Part shown: positions 11,601 to 21,773 of the stretch, piece after piece
Layout of the letters: each line of letters starts with the position of its first letter
Position numbering within the stretch: position 1 is the stretch's first letter
From: a virus
Direction: 5' to 3' (one strand)
Length of the DNA stretch: 64,000 nt
IMG/VR virus record: IMGVR_UViG_3300021142_000021
Location: 18,376-82,375 of that record
Position numbers and translations under genes: made by a program
The notes under the pieces: model-generated
What the model saw: only the letters and a program-made list of their open reading frames with translations
What the model was told of the DNA's origin: nothing
Databases searched by the model: none

Positions 11601-14600
11601 GAACTAGAAAAAAGAATTTATAATCTAATACAATACAAATTTAGACATCAATATTATCTACCACTAAGAGTGGAATCAGTTAAGTCTGGATATTTTAGAC
11701 AAACTCGCTATTCAAGGCAAGAATACCTTGGTGTAACAGAATCATACCTAAATAAGTGGGCATCTAAGAATCGTGCCAATTATCGTGCCAATGATTGGTA
11801 TTCAGCGAGCCTAGATCCCGCAGTAGTACCGAGTTTTGTTCCGGGCTCTGGTAATATTTGGAAACTATATAATTACAGCTACGCAGTAAATGCAACGACA
11901 CAGCCATTAAATCTACCAGGTAATTGGAAAGGTATTTTTCAATATTACTATGATACCATCTATCCAGATACTCGTCCTTGGGAGATGTTAGGATTTAGTG
12001 AACAACCGGTGTGGTGGGTTGATCAATATGGTACAGACTGGTCTTCTATCAATGCATTACTTTGGGCAGACTTAGAACACGGCATTATCCGCCAGGGACC
12101 TTGTGCTATCTATGATCCTGTAACTTTATTACCACAAGAGCAGCCTATGTGGGCAAGACCCGGACTATCAGCAATTATTCCTGTAGATGCTGCCGGAGAG
12201 ATTATCCCCGCAATGACTATATTTGATATTGCTTTCTCTGGTAACTATTATGAGCCATTTGATCACTTTGATGCAGAATGGAAATATGGCGATGGTTCAC
12301 CAGTTGAACAAGCTTGGATGTCAACATCTGCATATGCATTTAGTGTACAAGAATTCTTATTCCTGATGAGACTGGCACCATATGGAGAATTATTGTGGGA
12401 CACAGTTGGCACAGAACTATCTTCTGGTATGATAACAGACCCATTAGTATTTTTTCCGGATCCTGTACCCGAATTACCAGTAATGTCAACTTCTAATTGG
12501 CAATTTGTACAAAATGATACATTTACGAGTGCTGATCCATTCTTTGCATGGATGCGTCCAAAAAATGCAGATCAAATTGTTCACGCCGAAACAGTCAATA
12601 ATGTAGTGCAAATTAGATACGGATATCAACGCTGGATTAGTGATAGAATTCTTTTCTTAGGAAAAGATATTACCACCACATTTGGCCAAAAGGTTAGAAC
12701 ACTTGATGTAAATCTTGCGAATAAACTAGCAGGATTCACCAATAAAGACACAACTAATCTCTATATCGAGTCAGTCAGCCCTAACGCTACTACAACCAGT
12801 TTAATTATACCCTCGACTAATTTTCAGTGTATTCTTCATAAGAGTCCGGTAGTAGACACCTACTCATATAGCGGTGTCATTATTCGCGCACTAGCCGATG
12901 GCACATTTGCTGTCTATGGTTATGATTTATTGAATGCAGAATTTACAGTATTTGATCGTTCAGATGCCACATTGATAGATGTATCAATCGGTGGAACTCC
13001 TGCACCTTTCTTATATTTTACGGCAGGTGCTACATACAATCAGGGAGATATTGTTAGATACAATGGTGTATATTATGTAAGTCTAGTTACTCAGACAGTA
13101 CAGAAATTTATATCAAAAGGTTATCAGAAATTAAAGAGCCTACCCATTATCGGCGGAGTCTCTGCAATCTATAAGCCGGCATCTTTAGCGACTATTACAA
13201 AAATTCCATACGGATCTATCTTAAAGACAGCACAAGAAGTATTTGATTTAATGATCGGTTATCAGGCATACCTAGAATCAAGAGGATGGCAATTTCAAGA
13301 TGTAAACCAAGATACAAACATATTAAGCGATTGGTTATATTGTGCAAAACAATTCCTGTTCTGGATAAACACAAATTGGGCGCCTGATGCATCAATACAA
13401 TTAAGCCCATTAGCAAATAGTGCAACACTTATTGTTTCTCATGGATATCCTAACGATGTAGAATCGTTATCAAATGGTGTATACAGTATACTAGACAAAT
13501 ATGGTGTAGCTATTCCGCCTAATAATACTACAACTAATAGAGATGCTCGACTTATTACTGTTGAACCAACCACACTATCTTCGGGTGGCATATTTTATCT
13601 ACAAGTTAACACATCTGAAACAGAACACATTATCATAATCGATAATACGACAAGTTTCAACGATACTGTTTATTCACCGTTATTGAGCGCAAGACAACAA
13701 CGTCTACGATTCAACGGCTTTAGAAGCAATGGCTGGTACGGTAAAATGGAAGCACCTGGTTATCTTGTTATCAACAGTCAACTTGTTCCTAACTTTGATA
13801 CAATCGTAGATAGTATGAGATATTTCTATGATCCAAATATTGTAATTGATAATCCGAGTCTTGAAGCGTTAGGTCATCATTTAATCGGCTACGAAAGTAA
13901 GAGTTACCTTGATAATCTTCAGGTAGCTAATAATATTCAATATCTATTCTATCAGGGCGCTATTAGACAGAAAGGCACTACCCAGGCTTTCGATAAACTA
14001 TTTAGATCTACCAAAGTTCAGAGCAACGAAATTATTCAGGTGTTTGAAGAATGGGCATTAAAATTGGGAGAGTTCGGTAATACAATCGAACAGGTATCTA
14101 CTGAATTTATTCTACAACCAGAGCAGAATACCGGAGAGGTTGTTGTTGCGCGGTTAAATTATATTCCTTCTACAATCGGGTTTGTAAAACAGATCAGCAT
14201 ATTAAATGCAGTGAATACATATGTAACAGTACCTAAGGTTATAATTAGTGCACCTGACGCAAGTCCTTCGGATCCTAATCTAACAGAAGCATTACGCCAA
14301 GCTAAGGCATATATTGTGCTCAGTGCAACAGGACAAATTTCTCGCGTAGATATTACAGATCCGGGTTATGGATATCTACAGAGCCCTGTAATTAGTATTG
14401 ATTCATCACCAACAATATTCTCTATACCAGACCAACTTTACAGCGTATGGCAAGGCTCAATTATAAGCGACAATGTTTTAGATAACATCATTAATATAGA
14501 TATTGATCAAACAGATGTGTGGACTGTTCGTCCTGCAGATCCGGCATATTCTTTAGAGTTCCCTGTAACACCACAAATTAATTATTCCTTACCTAATGCA

Positions 14601-17600
14601 GGATATGTAAATTTTAATGATATTACGTGGACGTCTTTCGATGTAACTCAAACAGCAGTAAATTGGGGAACTGCCTCCTTGAACCCTGGTGTAAATGACA
14701 CAGTCTGGGTCGCTAAGAATTTCATCGAAGATTGGTCCGTCTATAAAATGGCAGAATTTACTGAAAATTGGATAGTTACCAAAGACAATAATGATGATTT
14801 ATTATTATTAACTGATTACGGCGTAGTATCTACATTATCGGTTCTTGTGGTGCAAGCCGGCCAGGCTACTGCAACTGCAGAGCTTATTGGGACAGCCATA
14901 TTAACAGTTACACCCTCCAACACTGGCGGGTATTATTATACAATACCGTCGGTTAGTATATTCAATACCAACGGGGCTGCACCAACAACATTGGCCGAGG
15001 TAACAGCAATATTATCGGAAGGATCCAAGGGTATTATTACAGGCTATACAGTCAGTGTTTCGGGTGCAGGTTATACAACACCGGAAGTCCTTATAGATGC
15101 GGCACCGCCAGCACTAGGTAGTGGGGCAGTATTAGAGCCAGTAGTCGATCGGTACGGTCGCATCGTCTCTGTTAATATTATCGAAGCAGGTATCGATTAT
15201 ACTGTTGTCAATACCGTTATTGCAGCAAGAGCAATACCTGGCTCACTATCAGATATTGATGCAACATTCTCAATTACAACAAGCGTAGTCGGTGAAATTC
15301 TTACAGTAGAAGTTATGAATAAGCCCGGTAACACTCACGGTTTACCAGTTAATTCCGGCTATGCACCTGTTGCCAATGTAACTATTATTCCAGAGTTATG
15401 GAATTCGGTAGTCGGTGATAGAACCGACTTCGGTAACATGATTGTTCTACAACAGGTCATTGATGGAACACCAGTTGGTTCTAATAATTACACAGTTGGC
15501 ATTCTACCGTATACCACTACAGATTATAACGACCCGGGCACATATACAGACCCTGATACTCTTATAACATATAATGCATATTATCTAACAACATTAGCTG
15601 GTGTGAATATAACTTCTTCTGATATTGGTAACTATGCTGATTTCACAGATATGTTATTATATAAGACTATGCGATTCCCTGTCACGCCAGACTGGGGATA
15701 TCCTCCATCGTATATTCAGTATAATGATAAAATTTGGGTAGATGATGTAGATGGTAAATGGAATGTATTAACTTGGTTATTTGTATATGAATGGGGTATT
15801 TTAACACCATTTAGGCAACAAGAACCCCTAATCAATACTTCGTTATTTGAGAGTGCAAGTATATTTGCGTCAGATACAAGAAATGAATTAATTCAACTAC
15901 CCATCTATGATCCGTTTAAGTCTATACTACCGGGCCCTGCAAAACAGAATATTGCATATATATCTGAGCAAGATCCTGCCAGTTACAATGTCACAGCTGA
16001 CGCAACATTGTTCAGTGAAAACATAACTTTCGCTAATAGACAAGTTGGTCAATTATGGTGGGATCTATCATCCACTAGATATACTTATTATGAACAACCT
16101 CGTTCTTTAAAAATGGAGAACGGGACATTAGTTTATGATGAAACTGCATTAGATAACTTAGTTTATAGAAGAAACAATTGGGGACAACTTTTCCCGGGTA
16201 GTATCATTGCGATTTATGAATGGGTACAGAGTTCTGTACCACCAGCACTCTATACCGGGACAGGAACACCGAGAGATATAACAACATATGTTCAGGTAAC
16301 GACATCAAATAGATTTACTAGTGCCACGGTTACCAATTATTATTTCTGGGTCTTGAACACAACCGATAAACCAAATATCGAAAATAGAACAATGGCAGCG
16401 CAAGACGTTGCTCTTATGTTGCAATCTCCAATGAGTCAAGGTTTTGCATTCTTCTGTCCAATTCAACAAACATCTACAAACAATTCGTATATATTTTATA
16501 ATGTACAAAATATCCTCTCATATCAGGGTGATAATGTACAGATACAATACAGACTTGCAGAGAGAAACGATCAGAAGCATACCCAGTGGGCATTCTTTAG
16601 AGAAGGTGACCCTGCATCTATTATAACAGATCAATTCTGGAACAAGATGGTTGATAGTTTATGCGGATACTCGGCATTATTACCGGCAACGGGTGAATCT
16701 ATAGATGGAATTCCTACATGGACTTCATTACCGTGGGATAGTGCCGGTTGGGATACATCTTTCTGGGATAATGCAGACTATGGTGTAATTTTACCAGTAC
16801 CTGATCCAAAGTTAAGCGAAGGTGAAAAATACGGCATCGATTATAGACCACGTCAGGGAATGTTTGTAAACTTACCTTCAGCAAGACAAATATTCACACA
16901 GGCTGCAAATCAATTACTTGTGTATATACCTATACGTGATAATAATCCGGGATGGGGTGCATCGATACCTACCTGGAACTTAACAACATCTACTGATATT
17001 TACTATGGTATATATTGGACATATACCGACTGGTATGCGGTTGGTTACGAGAATGTAACACCGAATATTGTATTCCAAACTTTACAGAATGCTAAGGATG
17101 CATTGACAGCTGGATTACTTAAAGTAGAAGATATTGTTGAAGTATCTAATGGCACAACTGATGGACGTTGGGCACTATATGCAGTTTCTCAACTTAATCC
17201 CAATATTCCTGTACTTAGCCTAACGCTTGTCGGTATTGAAAGTAGTGCTATTAATTTAATGAATTCAATATATACAACTACCGGTGTATATAGTCTTTCA
17301 ACGGAACTTAGAGCATTATTAAATGCATTCAGATTAGAGGTAATGGTTGACGCATTTATTGTAGATCAGAATGAACTATTCTTCTCTATGATGAATTATG
17401 TAATGAGTGAGCAGAAAAATCCAAACTGGTTATTTAAATCATCTTATATCTATGTTAAGGAAAATAACATACCATTGACACAAACTCAATTATATGTCCC
17501 TGATCAGATTACTAATATCCTGCAATTTATTACTGATTCTAAACCATATCATACTCAGATTAGAGACTACACCAGCACATATCTTACTACTGATATTGCA

Positions 17601-18803
17601 GCTGGTACGGCAATAGATAGTCACAAATGGAATATCCAATTGCAAATTGGCCCAGATTATCCTGGTTTATCTTATGATACACCATCTTATATTTTAGATG
17701 CACAAACATTTATTGACAACATAGATCAATTTGTTTCAAGAGAAGATGTATATACCGTACCATTAACTTTCTACGATTCAAGTAAGGTAGGGTATTCGGC
17801 ATTATTTCCTTATACATTTAACTTCAATGATATAAATTTAAGTAATCCACAAAATATTGTCACACCGTATAATATAGTTGGAATTCAGATAGGTACGACT
17901 GTTCTACTATATGGGCAAGATTATTATGTCGGGGATAACGATAATACAACATTTACTGTTTATTTCTATAATGATCCAGGAACTTCACCTACGCCAGTTG
18001 CACTTGTATGGTTTGATGGTGGTCAACTATTAACAATGAATTCAGGCACTCATAAAGATGAAATTGCAAGAGGTTTCGCGACAGATGATCTAGTTATTAA
18101 TGTTGATACAAGATTACCTGCCGATATATCAACTGGTATACCGACAGCATATGTAGGATGGGGAGATACCTGGGATTCTATCGCAAACCCTATAGCTCAA
18201 GCACTTGTAGATGCTGGCGGATCAGCAAGTATACCGTGGGACCCGGTGTTGGTACTAGAAATATTACCTAATACAATTAGCTCTAAGGAAAATTCAAATG
18301 ATAGAGATGGTGCCAATTTCTATAGAAATGCAGAAATAGACTCAGCAACATTGGTATATGATTTATTGGCACCACAAGAACCTAATGAAAATATAGAAGT
18401 TATTACAGTGCTAGATATTAATCATGTACTACCGGATCCGGGCGCAGATCACGGCACCATATGGATAGGTGGTGAAAGAATTGAATATAGAGTAAAAGAA
18501 TTAGTTGCAACAAATACGTGGGAACTCAAACTGATACAGAGAGGGACAATGGGTACATCAGCAACAGAACATACAGTTTTGATTCCTAGTCTAGCAGATC
18601 CGTTAGTCTTAGTGCCGAATCCAGTATGGGTTGAGAGAAGCAATTACATGCCAACAACCTCTGATGTTGATGTGTGGAATGCATACGACACTACACCAAA
18701 TGGGTCCGATAATATTACATCCGTTCCGATAGGTGGACTATGGTACGCACAGACACCGGAAGCCGTGTTCTTAAAACAAGAACAGGGCGTGAGTATACCT
18801 TAA
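8673..18803 (+). CDS. Giant virion structural protein (baseplate/tail associated), 3376 aa
   Basis: Uninterrupted 10.1-kb ORF after gp6-like gene; WDxxxWD repeats, CBM-like YxxGDIVxYxG, GxGY-type repeats. Confidence 0.75.
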   Translation: MTQYIKKLPAVFQTVTETKFFDATFDQIFSKRDSDLLAGYLGRRVAGNYNPVTDFYLPEPNKNRTWWQLEATAYAQDASSNKTNIFFYEDLLDNIEYYGGNILNQDRLFESEYYSFGPPIDYDMFINYQNYYWVEQGLTTITITGVTGADIIGKPSFNTNDVSGATPANLTITTGMSISLADDPLYSASHTVENIGGCIGIQLVPQFPDYTPGTIFEFLPWDGSILLSTGRIIDNTNWDASTWDTQTQPLAGDYITIERGSIDRNAWSRTNKWFHIDAITATIAATTTSFPVNATRALRPIIQFIADLTLFKSGTQFRADINYGFADISANVPILLATYQGVQASIVNAALGTDFVGGELVCFFNDKTTFGVWDISRWETPPGSWDAGNGVINDYIFQTSILPGGQIIFSPYTAWSTPILEGDILFITEDGPYNSALRGSTWYYSLGTWQEAHNDKISVNQPPEFQLYDHNGIGLDNPVTYPASTFNGSKIFSYKVDTTPGVTTDPVLGFGIIYTALGQASDIVFQNNLITDRYTYQTAELPINGYYYYKAVTDPVLYNNWNLYQPCPCNITPTPPANCLETSKQRVIDKFIIGYVSEFQFKLSVTPYGYTFGAGDIQPTADLSVSVNGNQIQNKIGGFIFSEINNSVYVDLTAYITNLLTTTQTQAPVVEVQTYTQGLLDPLAPGYFAIPQQLEANPNQLEISEISGSNLTEHFASIIANQIGEIGIAFGGNNNYRDTRKNRSVGTYILQNVAPVLKTMLVSSEDDLDFIAGERFSQDEYTKFKNKYLKTALQLINQGFNPVQYHNNTIVVSAWVEEILKVVNISNEFSNAFAYSYMIANGSAYLNETNNVPVSGLLTLTNYIDLSDARNALYIYDVTGQETLLVIGEDYEIVSMNPITVQFTANVPAGSAVVANLYKNPLPAYIPSTPSKIGAYPTYLPRMEWDTSYINPTNVIIGHDGSKTIAYGDYRDQLLLELEKRIYNLIQYKFRHQYYLPLRVESVKSGYFRQTRYSRQEYLGVTESYLNKWASKNRANYRANDWYSASLDPAVVPSFVPGSGNIWKLYNYSYAVNATTQPLNLPGNWKGIFQYYYDTIYPDTRPWEMLGFSEQPVWWVDQYGTDWSSINALLWADLEHGIIRQGPCAIYDPVTLLPQEQPMWARPGLSAIIPVDAAGEIIPAMTIFDIAFSGNYYEPFDHFDAEWKYGDGSPVEQAWMSTSAYAFSVQEFLFLMRLAPYGELLWDTVGTELSSGMITDPLVFFPDPVPELPVMSTSNWQFVQNDTFTSADPFFAWMRPKNADQIVHAETVNNVVQIRYGYQRWISDRILFLGKDITTTFGQKVRTLDVNLANKLAGFTNKDTTNLYIESVSPNATTTSLIIPSTNFQCILHKSPVVDTYSYSGVIIRALADGTFAVYGYDLLNAEFTVFDRSDATLIDVSIGGTPAPFLYFTAGATYNQGDIVRYNGVYYVSLVTQTVQKFISKGYQKLKSLPIIGGVSAIYKPASLATITKIPYGSILKTAQEVFDLMIGYQAYLESRGWQFQDVNQDTNILSDWLYCAKQFLFWINTNWAPDASIQLSPLANSATLIVSHGYPNDVESLSNGVYSILDKYGVAIPPNNTTTNRDARLITVEPTTLSSGGIFYLQVNTSETEHIIIIDNTTSFNDTVYSPLLSARQQRLRFNGFRSNGWYGKMEAPGYLVINSQLVPNFDTIVDSMRYFYDPNIVIDNPSLEALGHHLIGYESKSYLDNLQVANNIQYLFYQGAIRQKGTTQAFDKLFRSTKVQSNEIIQVFEEWALKLGEFGNTIEQVSTEFILQPEQNTGEVVVARLNYIPSTIGFVKQISILNAVNTYVTVPKVIISAPDASPSDPNLTEALRQAKAYIVLSATGQISRVDITDPGYGYLQSPVISIDSSPTIFSIPDQLYSVWQGSIISDNVLDNIINIDIDQTDVWTVRPADPAYSLEFPVTPQINYSLPNAGYVNFNDITWTSFDVTQTAVNWGTASLNPGVNDTVWVAKNFIEDWSVYKMAEFTENWIVTKDNNDDLLLLTDYGVVSTLSVLVVQAGQATATAELIGTAILTVTPSNTGGYYYTIPSVSIFNTNGAAPTTLAEVTAILSEGSKGIITGYTVSVSGAGYTTPEVLIDAAPPALGSGAVLEPVVDRYGRIVSVNIIEAGIDYTVVNTVIAARAIPGSLSDIDATFSITTSVVGEILTVEVMNKPGNTHGLPVNSGYAPVANVTIIPELWNSVVGDRTDFGNMIVLQQVIDGTPVGSNNYTVGILPYTTTDYNDPGTYTDPDTLITYNAYYLTTLAGVNITSSDIGNYADFTDMLLYKTMRFPVTPDWGYPPSYIQYNDKIWVDDVDGKWNVLTWLFVYEWGILTPFRQQEPLINTSLFESASIFASDTRNELIQLPIYDPFKSILPGPAKQNIAYISEQDPASYNVTADATLFSENITFANRQVGQLWWDLSSTRYTYYEQPRSLKMENGTLVYDETALDNLVYRRNNWGQLFPGSIIAIYEWVQSSVPPALYTGTGTPRDITTYVQVTTSNRFTSATVTNYYFWVLNTTDKPNIENRTMAAQDVALMLQSPMSQGFAFFCPIQQTSTNNSYIFYNVQNILSYQGDNVQIQYRLAERNDQKHTQWAFFREGDPASIITDQFWNKMVDSLCGYSALLPATGESIDGIPTWTSLPWDSAGWDTSFWDNADYGVILPVPDPKLSEGEKYGIDYRPRQGMFVNLPSARQIFTQAANQLLVYIPIRDNNPGWGASIPTWNLTTSTDIYYGIYWTYTDWYAVGYENVTPNIVFQTLQNAKDALTAGLLKVEDIVEVSNGTTDGRWALYAVSQLNPNIPVLSLTLVGIESSAINLMNSIYTTTGVYSLSTELRALLNAFRLEVMVDAFIVDQNELFFSMMNYVMSEQKNPNWLFKSSYIYVKENNIPLTQTQLYVPDQITNILQFITDSKPYHTQIRDYTSTYLTTDIAAGTAIDSHKWNIQLQIGPDYPGLSYDTPSYILDAQTFIDNIDQFVSREDVYTVPLTFYDSSKVGYSALFPYTFNFNDINLSNPQNIVTPYNIVGIQIGTTVLLYGQDYYVGDNDNTTFTVYFYNDPGTSPTPVALVWFDGGQLLTMNSGTHKDEIARGFATDDLVINVDTRLPADISTGIPTAYVGWGDTWDSIANPIAQALVDAGGSASIPWDPVLVLEILPNTISSKENSNDRDGANFYRNAEIDSATLVYDLLAPQEPNENIEVITVLDINHVLPDPGADHGTIWIGGERIEYRVKELVATNTWELKLIQRGTMGTSATEHTVLIPSLADPLVLVPNPVWVERSNYMPTTSDVDVWNAYDTTPNGSDNITSVPIGGLWYAQTPEAVFLKQEQGVSIP

Positions 18804-18821
18804 TAAACTAAGTAGATAATA

Positions 18822-18974
18822 ATGATGATAAATAATGAAAGTAATGATAGAGAGCAGGCACCTGAACCTAAAAAAGATAGCGGTATCGTTGATACAGCGC
18901 ACATGGACGTTCAATGTCATTTGATAATAAAAGATAAAGATACTGGTGAAGTGCTAGTAAATAAAAGGGGTTAA
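18822..18974 (+). CDS. Small 50-aa virion protein (not in ORF track)
   Basis: MMINN...HLIIKDKDTGEVLVNKRG; resembles the N-terminus of the next gene; ends 1 nt before the next ATG. Confidence 0.7.
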   Translation: MMINNESNDREQAPEPKKDSGIVDTAHMDVQCHLIIKDKDTGEVLVNKRG

Positions 18975-18975
18975 G

Positions 18976-19746
18976 ATGCAAGATATTTTTCGTGCTTCCA
19001 TCCAGGGTTTCGTTAAGATTATAGACAAAGATACTAAAGAAGTACTAGTAGATACACATAACGACGTCCTTTATGGAAATATGTCGGCTGCGCTGGCACA
19101 CGCATTAATTGGTAATTCTGATAGTTTCTTGTACTATATGGGGTTTGGTAATGGTGGTGCATACATTGGGACGACCGGAACTATATCATATAAACCATCT
19201 TTAGGTGGTACAGGGAGTCTAATTAAGAATCCTACGGCTAATTTATATAATACAATCTATGTAAAAAAACTATCAAACGATTCAACAGACACACCGAGTT
19301 ATGATCAACTATCAAGAGCATATATTTCAGCTGAAAATTATGCAACAAATTACGAAGATATTATCGTGGATGTTACAATCGGTTATAGTGAACCACCGGT
19401 AGGAATTACTGCTTCTACTATTATTCAGCAGACTGCTTTAGATAATTCTACATTTGTAGGAAATAGTTCTATAGTTAACAGTGGTGCCGCAACAGACTTC
19501 ACAGCAAACCAACTTGTATTTAATGAGATTGGATTATTTGCAGGTTCTAATAACTTATTTGTTGGCGGGTTTACCCAAAATATATCTGATGTTGATAATT
19601 TTATTACACAGACTCCTAATTTTTCAACTACGCCCGGTGCGAAGTCTAAATTAATGCTTACTCACGTTATCTTTCACCCAATACAGAAATCTGCTAATAG
19701 ATCACTTGAAATCGTATATACCCTTAGAATACAAATGGGTGCATAA
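18976..19746 (+). CDS. Virion structural protein (baseplate/tail-fibre attachment)
   Basis: GFVKIIDKDT...FNEIGLF...LTHVIFHPIQKSANRSLEIVYTLRIQ. Confidence 0.7.
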   Translation: MQDIFRASIQGFVKIIDKDTKEVLVDTHNDVLYGNMSAALAHALIGNSDSFLYYMGFGNGGAYIGTTGTISYKPSLGGTGSLIKNPTANLYNTIYVKKLSNDSTDTPSYDQLSRAYISAENYATNYEDIIVDVTIGYSEPPVGITASTIIQQTALDNSTFVGNSSIVNSGAATDFTANQLVFNEIGLFAGSNNLFVGGFTQNISDVDNFITQTPNFSTTPGAKSKLMLTHVIFHPIQKSANRSLEIVYTLRIQMGA

Positions 19747-19748
19747 GT

Positions 19749-19756
19749 GATAAATA
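19749..19756 (+). promoter_or_regulatory. Late promoter GATAAATA
   Basis: Intergenic motif upstream of 19781. Confidence 0.65.
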
Positions 19757-19780
19757 ACAAAACAAAGGAATTTTAAGTAT

Positions 19781-20359
19781 ATGGCATATACAATTCATAA
19801 ATCAGATGGTACCGCAGTAACGGTCCCCGATAATGCAATCGATCTTGCATATTACAATCAATCCGGTGGAACTACAGGGTTAGGTCAAGGTACACAATTA
19901 GTTGGTAGAAATACAATTGACTACGGTGCACCTATTGCACAAAATTTCTTGCAAATGGTAGAAAATTTCGCAAGTTCTACAGGATTCTTTCCTAGTGATG
20001 CAACAGCATTACAAGGTCAGCTATGGTTTAATAAAACTCTTGGTGCTTTATATGTGAGAACAACTGGTGCCACATCAGGTGGAATAGCAAACTGGCAACA
20101 AATTGTTACATTAGACGCTACAGGTAATTCTACAATTAATGGAAATTTACAAGTTAACGGAACTGAAAATATTACTAGTGACCTAACGGTAGATGGATCA
20201 ATCACAGCAGAAGGTGGATTACACGTGCCTGTGATATTTACTGCCTTACCTGTCTTACCACAAGTGGCACTAAATGGTGATATGATGGTTGTCGGTTCGG
20301 TTATATCGATTTATGCCGGTGGTGCATGGAATCAGATCTTCCCAGCAATCTATTCTTAA
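19781..20359 (+). CDS. Short tail-fibre-like structural protein
   Basis: MAYTIHKSDG...LVGRN...QNFLQMVENFAS...GQLWFN. Confidence 0.65.
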   Translation: MAYTIHKSDGTAVTVPDNAIDLAYYNQSGGTTGLGQGTQLVGRNTIDYGAPIAQNFLQMVENFASSTGFFPSDATALQGQLWFNKTLGALYVRTTGATSGGIANWQQIVTLDATGNSTINGNLQVNGTENITSDLTVDGSITAEGGLHVPVIFTALPVLPQVALNGDMMVVGSVISIYAGGAWNQIFPAIYS

Positions 20360-20372
20360 GGTGGAAAGATAA

Positions 20373-21347
20373 ATGACCTACCAACAATACGGCACAATAC
20401 AGGCTTCAACATATAATGCATTTTCAGCTATCGCGAATAGCATTTATGCAGATACAAATGCGGGCACAACTTCATATACAAGCGCATCTTATGGGTATGG
20501 TCAAACTGCCTTATCCACCTCCATAGCAAGCGGCGCAAAAGTACAAGCGGCTGAATGGGCGGCATTATTTTCTGATATATCGAAATGTGGAAATCACCAA
20601 GGCACTACTGTTGTACCGCCATTACCTGGAGTCGGACCAGGATGGCCTGCGCCAGTGACTGGATCTACTACTCTACCTGTTGCCGGTAGTGCTATTACAG
20701 CATATAATAGTCCAGCTGGCGCACTTACGACATTACTTAATACTCTTATCACAAATAGATTTAATTTGTATGCAGGTCAGACTTCTGTCGTAAATATGCC
20801 ATCAACACCTTTTGCAGCACCTTCTTGGACACATACGTTAACATATACATTCACAGCAACTTTTAGTGACTGGGATCATGCTAGATATTTCTTCAATGCC
20901 GGCGGCGCAATTTATATCTCTGGTGCTCACCCAGGTGTATCTGGTGATGATGCCGAATGGAACGGAATGTTAACCAGTATGAGTCCTTTAGTGTTTAATT
21001 ATGGTGCCACAACACCAAATACCGGGACTCCTGGATCTATCGGAGGATTCTGGAACACAGGAACTACAAATCCGTTAACATCAGCATATCAAACAATATA
21101 TACGCAAACATATGCTCTTTCACCATATTCTGGAAGTTATATCCAAGTAAATGCTAAATTAGGTGCTGCCGCCGGATCAGCAGGTACTACGGTAATTACA
21201 TTCCAGGTAGTCTTCTTCCAGGCAGATTCGGGAACACTTTTTGCTGCAAAGACAGGAACTACAATGACACCAGCATACAGAAATTCTGCAGGTGCGGTTC
21301 CTACAACTGCACCTGTACTTGCAAGTCTAGGATTTGTTGCTACCTAA
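20373..21347 (+). CDS. Ser/Thr/Gly/Ala-rich virion structural protein
   Basis: ARYFFNAGG motif, composition, context. Confidence 0.6.
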   Translation: MTYQQYGTIQASTYNAFSAIANSIYADTNAGTTSYTSASYGYGQTALSTSIASGAKVQAAEWAALFSDISKCGNHQGTTVVPPLPGVGPGWPAPVTGSTTLPVAGSAITAYNSPAGALTTLLNTLITNRFNLYAGQTSVVNMPSTPFAAPSWTHTLTYTFTATFSDWDHARYFFNAGGAIYISGAHPGVSGDDAEWNGMLTSMSPLVFNYGATTPNTGTPGSIGGFWNTGTTNPLTSAYQTIYTQTYALSPYSGSYIQVNAKLGAAAGSAGTTVITFQVVFFQADSGTLFAAKTGTTMTPAYRNSAGAVPTTAPVLASLGFVAT

Positions 21348-21366
21348 ATAATAGATCACATCCTAC

Positions 21367-21410
21367 AAGCCTCCGTTAACACTATAGATAAATAGAGCAA
21401 ACGGAGGTTT
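21367..21410 (+). promoter_or_regulatory. RBS-sequestering hairpin with a late promoter in its loop
   Basis: aagcctccgtt (21367-21377) pairs with aacggaggttt (21400-21410); GATAAATA at 21387-21394. Confidence 0.65.
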
Positions 21411-21413
21411 TCC

Positions 21414-21773
21414 ATGGAAGAAAGATTACAACAAGCACTAGAGTTTGCTAACTATAGACAAACTCTCAACAACCAACTCCACAAAGTAAAAGTTAAAGCC
21501 GAGGGGCTTCTAATGTTTGCTAAGAACGGAGGCAATTTTACTGTTAATCAAGAACTAATTTGTTTCTTAGATTATCTAGTACGCACTGGAGTAACTGAAG
21601 CAAATATATTAGACATTGATAATACTCCTGTTAAAATTGAAGATATTGCTAGTTTTTCTAAAGATATAACACGAAGATATTTTGAAGTAACAGATGATTA
21701 CCTAAGAGAGTATCAGTCCATTAGAAAATTAAGAAATGTTAAATCTATTATCGGTGTAAAGGTTGAAGAATGA
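21414..21773 (+). CDS. Hypothetical protein, first gene of the glycan island
   Basis: GGAGG SD; ATGA-coupled to next gene. Confidence 0.8.
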   Translation: MEERLQQALEFANYRQTLNNQLHKVKVKAEGLLMFAKNGGNFTVNQELICFLDYLVRTGVTEANILDIDNTPVKIEDIASFSKDITRRYFEVTDDYLREYQSIRKLRNVKSIIGVKVEE

